13,993 nucleotides of DNA, taken from positions 1 to 13,993 of the forward strand of contig JBLIRO010000107.1 of assembly GCA_049472335.1 (NCBI GenBank). The letters are read 5' to 3'. Source of the DNA: a bacterium (GTDB lineage Bacteria > SZUA-182 > DTGQ01 > JAFGSM01). Positions 7,723 to 13,993 of this stretch are shown here, one piece after another; position 1 is the stretch's first letter; each line of letters opens with the position of its first letter. Made by a program: the position numbers and the translations under genes. The notes beneath the pieces are model-generated. The model was given only the letters and a program-made list of their open reading frames with translations. It ran no database searches and was not told the DNA's origin.

Positions 7723-8111
7723 TAATACTAAGCACTAAGCAAAACTTCAAGAAAGATTTAAACAATACATAATATAATATCTTATTGAACAAAATCTTTA
7801 TCAACTTTACAAAAATTTTAATTTGTGATAATATAGATACGATTTTTCTATATATAGATTTAAAATTTATCTCTTATTTTAAAAAAAATACAGGTTGAAG
7901 GTAGGTTTTTTATCGATACAGTATTAATTTAATATAGCATTACTATAAGACACAGATTATTTTTGAATCGTTTTATGAAGTTCAATCCCGTATTTGTCCA
8001 CTCATGTTTTCACATCTAGAGGGATAGTTTTTTCAATTTTTTTTAGGCCAATGGCTAATTAGATTAGAATTCGTTTACCAATTGGTTTTTTCTCAAAATC
8101 ATGGAGGAGAT

Positions 8112-8327
8112 ATGGAAGCATTGGATATAAAAAAGATGACTTGCTGCGAGGATGTTATTCTTCCCAAAATAAGTGTCAGGCAAAAACCTTATCTTGCTAT
8201 ATGGAAATGCCCTGAATGCGGGGATACAATGGTACAGGCAATTAATGGATCAGATCTTTTGGTTTTAGAAATAGCCGAATCAATTGACGCGACCAAAGCC
8301 TCTTCAGCGTCCAACTGTTTCCATTAA
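8112..8327 (+). CDS. Small Cys-rich protein, possible zinc ribbon (71 aa)
   Basis: SD GGAGGA before ATG 8112; TCCE...WKCPECG motifs. Confidence 0.6.
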   Translation: MEALDIKKMTCCEDVILPKISVRQKPYLAIWKCPECGDTMVQAINGSDLLVLEIAESIDATKASSASNCFH

Positions 8328-8338
8328 TTTTCTTCGCT

Positions 8339-8362
8339 TACGGCCTCTTATACGGCCTCTTA
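8339..8362. repeat. 12-bp tandem duplication (TACGGCCTCTTA x2)
   Basis: Read directly from the sequence. Confidence 0.8.
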
Positions 8363-8389
8363 TAACGATAATTTTATGGCTAACTTCAT

Positions 8390-8433
8390 CCCAGATCTTG
8401 CATTCTAAATAGATTTCAAATGCAAGATCTGGG
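8390..8433. terminator. Long hairpin between convergent genes, probable bidirectional terminator or REP-like element
   Basis: Perfect 15-bp arms CCCAGATCTTGCATT / AATGCAAGATCTGGG; U-tracts are weak. Confidence 0.6.
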
Positions 8434-8505
8434 TCAAAACGTCATCATATCTTCATCGTTATTTTAATCCTTACTTTTTTGATCTTTACTTCATCTCAAG
8501 GGTAA

Positions 8506-9027
8506 TTAAAGCACCAGGCTTGACAGCAGGGCAAATAGCAGAGGATTAGCCGTACTCAGAGGAGCTGGGGCATACAGGGCCGAAGCATACAAAATAGACA
8601 GGAGGCTGAACAAAGGAGCCGGTGCCGCCGGTGCGACCGTTGTAGCTGCAGCGGCTGATGCAGTTACGACCGTAGGGGTAGCTAGGGCAGCCGTGCTGCC
8701 GACAAGGATGACTCCCGGGGCTGTGTTTACAGCGGTCAAAGTGGGAGAAGTAAAGATAATCGTAGCATTCGGAGAACGCTGAAACGGAGACGAGATGGGT
8801 GGTACAGTTCTCCATCCCTGCGACAACCCATAAACAGGATAAATGACAGGGGATTGCAAACCCAGAGGACAAACAGGTGGAAAAAAAGGCGATCCAATCC
8901 ATGGAGGACACCAATAATTGAAATATGGCTGCCCGAAGAACTGAGCATGTCCCGTCCCACAAGTTATAACCAAAATAATAATAATAAGAGATACAAGGGC
9001 AAAAAGAGATTTCCTACATAATTGCAT
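8506..9027 (-). CDS. Secreted Pro/aromatic/Ala/Thr-rich hypothetical protein with a hydrophobic C-terminus, 173 aa
   Basis: SD GGAGGAG; signal peptide ending GHA|Q; the mature part has no D, E or K. Confidence 0.8.
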   Translation of the reverse strand: MQLCRKSLFALVSLIIIILVITCGTGHAQFFGQPYFNYWCPPWIGSPFFPPVCPLGLQSPVIYPVYGLSQGWRTVPPISSPFQRSPNATIIFTSPTLTAVNTAPGVILVGSTAALATPTVVTASAAAATTVAPAAPAPLFSLLSILYASALYAPAPLSTANPLLFALLSSLVL

Positions 9028-9062
9028 TGCTGACTCCTCCTATAAATTCATATGACATATGA

Positions 9063-10847
9063 TTATTCCAAAGCTGTACCATCCCCCCCCAGGGCCTTTA
9101 TTTTCTGCAAGAGTAAACCGGCTGATTGATCGTCCGGCTCAAGCCGAAGAGTTTCCTTCAATTCGCGGGCGGCATCAACATACTTACCCTGTTGATAATA
9201 GGCCAGCGCAATGTTATATCGAAGATGATGATCGTTGGCCTTTAACTCCCCTGCCCTCTCCCATGCCTGAATTGCTCTGTCATACTGTGTTGATCGAAAA
9301 TAAAACATACCCAGGTTTACAAGGTGGGTAGGAATATCAACCGGCTTTCCGGCAAATGCCTTTTCCCATTCCAGTTCGGCCTTCTGAAAAGAGCCCATCT
9401 CAAAATATGCATTACCTATATTCAGATGCGCGCTGGCCAGATCCGGCTGAAGATTTACGGCCTTTTTCCAGGCCTGAATCGATTCATCTGTCTGATCCAT
9501 AGCCTGATAAACCTTTCCCATATAAAAGTAGGCCTGAGGATTTTCCGGCTGTAAACGCACCATCTCTTGATAGGAAGAAAGGGCCTGAGCATAATCCTTT
9601 TTTAGTATGTAAAGATAGCCCAATTGATTATAAGCCTCTGCGCAACTGCTATCCATTGCAAGTACTTGTTGAAAGTGTTTCTCCGCTTTTTGATAATCAT
9701 TCAGCCGGGCGTATAACATCCCTAAATTAATCACGGCATTTACATAGGACGGTCGAATTGCCAGGGCACTGTTCAACTCTGAGATGGCCTGGTCATAACG
9801 CCCCTGGCCAAGATAGACACTGCCAAGATTGTTATGAGCCTCGACGCAATTAGGATCTATCCGGAGAGCATACTGAAATTGAGTTTGGGCCTTTTCCATC
9901 TGTCCCTTACGTGTATAAACCAATCCCAGATTAATAAGGGCCATAACATGTTCGGGATCATATTCCAATGCCTTTTCAAAATGCATGGCTGCCAAATGAA
10001 GATCATTACCGGCCAGATAAAGATTACCCAGATGATTCCATCCTTCGGCATAATCCGGATTTAATTCCAGGGATTTCTGAACAGCCCACAAGGCCTCTTT
10101 CAATTCTCCTTTCTTTTGATAGACAAGGCTCAAATTATAATAGACCTCCGGAGATTCAAGACTTTCCAGGGCCAACCGAAACTCATTTACTGCATGATCC
10201 CATTCCCCTTTCTGATAGTGAATCAATCCCAGATTATAGTGGTCTTCCTTGCGCTGAGGATCCAATGCCTGAATCCTTTTGATGAGTCTCTCGGCTTGGT
10301 CCAACAGGCCCTTTTCTTCATAGGCATATGCCAGAAAATCAACAAATCTTTTTACAACGGGCAATACTTCCGGATCCTGCTCCAGGGCCTTTTCGAATTC
10401 CTCAATCGCCAGGTTTTCTCTTCCTCGTGTTAAGTAAATATTTCCATTGGTGATATGTTTTTTGGCGCCTATCAGCTTAGCCACCCGGGCCTTTACCTGT
10501 TCCAACTCCTTTTTATTCCCTCCCGTGCAAATTAAAAAGGGTGGGACATCTCCTCTGTAACTGTTTATACCCTCCATCAATGATATTCGGGAGTCGATAC
10601 GGTAAAGGGCCTTTGGAGCGGAAAATTCCACAAAGGCATTTTCATCCGTATGAAGACGTACACCCTGTGTTTTCACATAATCCTTTATTTCATTTTCATC
10701 CATTACATAGTGGGCGAGAAATTCATTTGCATTTTTTATATCAACCCGCTTAAGGTCCTCATTTATTCTCTTGTTCTGAAACCGTTCGAGAAGGACATCA
10801 TATTCCAGAACTATCCTGTCCTTTGAGCCTATAAGGAGATAGTCCAC
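9063..10847 (-). CDS. C-terminal part: end of the spermidine-synthase-like domain plus about 13 TPR repeats
   Basis: HTDENAFVEFSAPK followed by repeats such as AHNNLGSVYLGQGRYDQAISELNSALAIRP. The GTG start is probably internal to the larger gene. Confidence 0.6.
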   Translation of the reverse strand: MDYLLIGSKDRIVLEYDVLLERFQNKRINEDLKRVDIKNANEFLAHYVMDENEIKDYVKTQGVRLHTDENAFVEFSAPKALYRIDSRISLMEGINSYRGDVPPFLICTGGNKKELEQVKARVAKLIGAKKHITNGNIYLTRGRENLAIEEFEKALEQDPEVLPVVKRFVDFLAYAYEEKGLLDQAERLIKRIQALDPQRKEDHYNLGLIHYQKGEWDHAVNEFRLALESLESPEVYYNLSLVYQKKGELKEALWAVQKSLELNPDYAEGWNHLGNLYLAGNDLHLAAMHFEKALEYDPEHVMALINLGLVYTRKGQMEKAQTQFQYALRIDPNCVEAHNNLGSVYLGQGRYDQAISELNSALAIRPSYVNAVINLGMLYARLNDYQKAEKHFQQVLAMDSSCAEAYNQLGYLYILKKDYAQALSSYQEMVRLQPENPQAYFYMGKVYQAMDQTDESIQAWKKAVNLQPDLASAHLNIGNAYFEMGSFQKAELEWEKAFAGKPVDIPTHLVNLGMFYFRSTQYDRAIQAWERAGELKANDHHLRYNIALAYYQQGKYVDAARELKETLRLEPDDQSAGLLLQKIKALGGDGTALE

Positions 10848-11033
10848 TCCAAGGGCTGACTCCCAGATAGTAAAATATGGAAATACGTTGTGAAAGGTAT
10901 AAATAATGCTCCGGAAAGTTTCATCCTCTATATTATACGCATGGAGCCAGATGCAGGCTAAACCCTCAGGATTAAGTCTCTGCCTGCATAATTGAAAAAA
11001 CTCCCTGGTAAAAAGGTCGGAGATTCTGGCTAT

Positions 11034-13007
11034 TCAGGGATTGGAAGGTTCTGAGATAATAATGTCATATTTACGATCAGTCAGAGCCAAATGGTTTCTT
11101 CCGTCCTCAATGATCAATTCCACCCGTGAATCATCCAGGATATTATGGTTAACATGGTCAAAATAGCAGGAGGCCTCCACTGCTGCAGGAGAAATCTCCA
11201 CACAATCCAGATGCTCCACCGGATAAAGGCCTGCAGAACCCAGGGTAACACCGCTGGCTAATCCGATCACCAGGACTCTTCCGGGATGAGGATGAAGCAG
11301 CAAAGGCACATGGGCCAATAATTCCTGGGTAGGCATATCTGTGAAGGTGGATGCGTCGCCTTTGCCGTTGACGAGAAAATATCTATGCCCCTGCGAATCT
11401 TCCTTAACTGTAACTGTAGTGCTCACTCCCTCTTTATAATAGAGGACCTTGAGTTTTTTCATTACGTCCTCTGTTGTGGAACCGGTTCTGGCCGCTGATA
11501 GAACCAGGTCCCTGGCGTTCATGTAAGCGCCGCTGCTCATCAGTTTCACATTCCATATAGGAAATAAGTGGACAGCTACAACTACAATGATTAAGATTAC
11601 CGAGGCAATTATACCTTTTCTGACCCTGCTCAGTTGCCGGCTTAATCCAAGGAAAATGAATCCGGCGATGATATTGATCCAAACCGCTGCCAGGATGCTC
11701 TTCTGAACTCCCAGCCAGGGGATGAAAACAAAGGCACCGATAAAGGAACCAAAAATGGAGCCGAGAGTATTTGCAGCATAAACTCTGCCCACAGAGCTTC
11801 CGACTTCGGCAGTTGTTCGGGTATAGATACGGATTGCCAGAGGAAAAGCCGCACCCATCATTGTTGTAGGCACCAGCATAAGAAGGAATACGAGAAGGAA
11901 TTCCACAAACTGTAAAAGCCAGAAGGAATGGGAAAATCTTAGGATTATCCCTATGATCAAAACCGGAAGATGACCGAATAATGGGACCACTGCAAGTGCG
12001 GAAAACCCGATTATAACCTCGATTGACGCAAGGGAAAAAACCGGATCTTTCTTTCGGTCAATAAATCTCGAAAAGAGAATACTGCCCAGCGCCAAACCAA
12101 AGATAAAGGCAGTCAGCATCAAACTAAAGGCATATATGGAGGAGCCGATAATCAGGGACAGAACCCTCGTCCATGCGATCTCATAGACCAAAGCAGCAAA
12201 ACCCGACAAGCCATAACCGATAAGAAGTATCCTGAGCAACTTATTACTGGGTGCACCGGTTTCTTCCGGCCATGGCTCTGTTTGCCTCTCTGCGGATCGA
12301 ATTCCCGGTTTAGTTCCGTTTAATTCTATTTGCAATGGAAACGTTCTGCGATGAATCAAATATACGCACAAGCATATAAAAAGATTAATCAAACAGGCAA
12401 TATAGATTGTTTTGAGCACTCCCCACGAGGGAATAAGGAGAAAACCGGCAAGAAAGGCGCCTAATACCGCACCAAACGTATTGACAGCGTAAAGTTTTCC
12501 TACCATCCAGCCAATATGGTCGGGAGCCCTTACAAAGAATTTGGTCAATACAGGAAGGGTTGCCCCCATCAGGGTAGCAGGGAATAAAAGGAGAATACCG
12601 CAGAACAGAAATCTTATTAGACTAAAGACATAGAAGGAGGTGTGATAATTCTGATAAACAATCCGGTAAAACGATTCGGTTGTTCTAATTATCCAGGGCA
12701 GCATAAGACAGTAGACACCGATAGCTCCTTCCAGCAAGGCGAATATCCTTAAGGGATCTTTCCGGCGGTCGATGATCTTGCCTCCCCAAAAGCTGCCCAG
12801 GGCCAGACCTCCCATAAAGGCACACAATACAGTTGTAATCGAGAAGACCGTGTTGCCCATTACAAGTCTTAAAAGGCGAGTCCAGATAATTTCATAAATC
12901 AGGCCTGCGGCCCCGGACAAAAAGAAGAAAAACAGTACAAGCCCCCCTGCCATTCTCAGTGATAATATTTCTTTATTTTTTTTCAACTCATACATTATGA
13001 TTTCCAT
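11034..13007 (-). CDS. N-terminal part: duplicated multi-TM domain plus most of a spermidine-synthase-like (class I SAM-binding) domain, 657 aa
   Basis: Repeated SG-A-L-YEI-WTR and LYAVNT/VYAANT motifs; VLVIGLASGVT, DCVEISP, EDGRNHL, YDIIISEP. The start codon is uncertain (no clear SD). Confidence 0.7.
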   Translation of the reverse strand: MEIIMYELKKNKEILSLRMAGGLVLFFFFLSGAAGLIYEIIWTRLLRLVMGNTVFSITTVLCAFMGGLALGSFWGGKIIDRRKDPLRIFALLEGAIGVYCLMLPWIIRTTESFYRIVYQNYHTSFYVFSLIRFLFCGILLLFPATLMGATLPVLTKFFVRAPDHIGWMVGKLYAVNTFGAVLGAFLAGFLLIPSWGVLKTIYIACLINLFICLCVYLIHRRTFPLQIELNGTKPGIRSAERQTEPWPEETGAPSNKLLRILLIGYGLSGFAALVYEIAWTRVLSLIIGSSIYAFSLMLTAFIFGLALGSILFSRFIDRKKDPVFSLASIEVIIGFSALAVVPLFGHLPVLIIGIILRFSHSFWLLQFVEFLLVFLLMLVPTTMMGAAFPLAIRIYTRTTAEVGSSVGRVYAANTLGSIFGSFIGAFVFIPWLGVQKSILAAVWINIIAGFIFLGLSRQLSRVRKGIIASVILIIVVVAVHLFPIWNVKLMSSGAYMNARDLVLSAARTGSTTEDVMKKLKVLYYKEGVSTTVTVKEDSQGHRYFLVNGKGDASTFTDMPTQELLAHVPLLLHPHPGRVLVIGLASGVTLGSAGLYPVEHLDCVEISPAAVEASCYFDHVNHNILDDSRVELIIEDGRNHLALTDRKYDIIISEPSNP

Positions 13008-13037
13008 TTAACAACTAAAACAATCCAAAATTTATGT

Positions 13038-13073
13038 AAGGGATGGAGAGAGGTCTCCATCCCTCCATCCCTT
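13038..13073 (-). terminator. Intergenic hairpin with a duplicated arm; partial terminator or mRNA-stabilising stem
   Basis: AGGGATGGAGA-GAGG-TCTCCATCCCT (11-bp stem), followed by a second TCCATCCCT copy. Confidence 0.5.
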
Positions 13074-13107
13074 AATGCCTTCTCCTTCTACGGCATAAAT
13101 CCCCCTA

Positions 13108-13686
13108 TCAAGGAATCGGGGGTATCCCCCAGAGCTGGGCCGGTGTCAACAGGCCCAAGTAATCCGCAGGTGTCAGGCCATATAAAAATGTATAGAGCAA
13201 ATTGGCAAAGTCGATCGTGGTTTCAAAGTGTGTCAATTTGGTCGGCAAATACAATGAATAACCCGGCAGTAAGGTAATGGGAGATGGAAGGCTCGTAACA
13301 GGATCAAGGAGATAATTGGGAGGAAACGGCATAAATCCATAAATATCCTCAAAGAATGTCAACCCACTGCCAAAGGCCGGAGGTACATTATAAAGTAACC
13401 ATACAGGACCCTTTGGATTTAAAACCGGATCCCAGATTATACCCGGCTGCACCGGAAGTATGGTATTTCTGGTGAGTTCGGTTATGATGGGTATAGTTCC
13501 CGCAAGCACAAGGGGATCCCAATTGAAATCAGTAACCAAGGGCGGAGACCAAAGGGGCCACAACAGGTTGTAAGGTGGCAAGGCTGCCCATTGGGCCTGG
13601 ACCGAAGGAGCACAGAACAATAATAAAGACACTAGGACAACGAGACTGATTATTCCCCATTTTTGTAATCTCTTCTCTCTAAGCAT
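13108..13686 (-). CDS. Secreted Pro/Leu/aromatic-rich hypothetical protein, 192 aa
   Basis: SD GGAGGAG; signal peptide ending VQA|Q; mature sequence QWAALPPYNLLWPLWSPPL... Confidence 0.85.
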   Translation of the reverse strand: MLREKRLQKWGIISLVVLVSLLLFCAPSVQAQWAALPPYNLLWPLWSPPLVTDFNWDPLVLAGTIPIITELTRNTILPVQPGIIWDPVLNPKGPVWLLYNVPPAFGSGLTFFEDIYGFMPFPPNYLLDPVTSLPSPITLLPGYSLYLPTKLTHFETTIDFANLLYTFLYGLTPADYLGLLTPAQLWGIPPIP

Positions 13687-13824
13687 CTCAACTCCTCCAT
13701 AACTTCTTGAAAAATAAATTTATTTTTCAAGTCAAAGAGACAAACAAATGAATATATCTATTCCTTGCCCAAAACACCTCCTTTCTTAATAAAATCTTTA
13801 AGACTTCTGCAATATAAATAACTT

Positions 13825-13857
13825 ATTAAATATCAATATATTATCTTGATATTTAAT
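13825..13857. promoter_or_regulatory. 12-bp perfect inverted repeat containing an IHF-consensus site, in a divergent intergenic region
   Basis: ATTAAATATCAA-N9-TTGATATTTAAT; TATCAATATATTA (13831-13843) fits WATCAANNNNTTR. Confidence 0.45.
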
Positions 13858-13860
13858 TTG

Positions 13861-13933
13861 TATTTTCCTCCGTGTTTGATATAATATAACTCGTTACAAA
13901 ACAAAAAGTTACACCAAACAACGGAGGAAAATA
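13861..13933. repeat. Long imperfect inverted repeat covering the SD of the downstream gene
   Basis: TATTTTCCTCCGT (13861-13873) pairs perfectly with ACGGAGGAAAATA (13921-13933) and extends inward with a bulge and mismatches. Confidence 0.7.
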
Positions 13934-13935
13934 TC

Positions 13936-13993
13936 GTGAAAAAATTTCAATTATCACTTTTCTATGATTTCCAGGTTTTTATTCAATCATCAA
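13936..13993 (+). CDS. Probable start of a divergent gene, truncated by the window edge
   Basis: SD GGAGG at 13923-13927; GTG AAA AAA TTT CAA..., open to the edge (19 codons only). Confidence 0.4.
   Translation, partial: MKKFQLSLFYDFQVFIQSS

Larger units (their letters stand above)
9063..13007 (-). pseudogene. Fused MFS-like membrane / spermidine synthase-like / TPR gene (about 1314 codons) interrupted by one in-frame TGA at 11034-11036
   Basis: The ORFs 11034-13007 and 9063-10847 share a frame. The 62 codons between them are open and continue the domain: IISEPSNP*IARISDLFTREFFQLCRQRLNPEGLACIWLHAY. Confidence 0.75.

Noticed and set aside
7806..7834. Sigma70-like TTTACA...GATAAT promoter
   Set aside because: Poor spacing, and such matches are expected by chance in very AT-rich DNA.
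11034..11036. Alternative genetic code (UGA=Trp/Gly) or selenocysteine
   Set aside because: TGA ends three other genes, including at an ATGA overlap; TGG is used for Trp throughout; the position is not a Cys equivalent and only a weak hairpin follows.
8546..11854. Alternative-frame and antisense ORFs inside the 173-aa gene and the spermidine-synthase/TPR gene
   Set aside because: Shadows of better-supported genes that have an SD, signal peptide or domain motifs.
9063..13007. Gene symbol speE
   Set aside because: The architecture is fused and the motifs differ from canonical SpeE, so the function is not established.

Overview
Bacterial DNA with most genes on the minus strand, in three parts. 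(1) 1-6746, minus strand: ECF sigma factor, then a soluble zinc-finger (HxxxCxxC) anti-sigma factor, then a membrane-anchored CHAT (caspase-like) protease with an intact His/Cys dyad and CsgG/FlgT-like outer domains. The block ends in a secreted protein of more than 1029 aa (missed by the ORF track) with about 21 LVIVD repeats followed by the start of a probable C13/clan CD peptidase domain. A bipartite motif, GGYGGGGAAA-N15-CGTCTATTAA, occurs twice and looks like this sigma factor's target promoter. Together these suggest a protease-triggered transmembrane sigma-release system outside a CRISPR context. (2) 6747-8450, AT-rich: a heptamer-repeat hairpin, a small ORF, a multi-stem ncRNA candidate, a sigma54 promoter with a palindromic UAS and an IHF-like site, a small Cys-rich ORF and a terminator. 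(3) 8506-13686, minus strand: two secreted Pro/aromatic-rich proteins flank a fused membrane/spermidine-synthase-like/TPR gene that is split by one in-frame TGA at a normally Trp codon. A divergent gene probably starts at the right edge. All assignments come from reading motifs by eye; no database searches were run.
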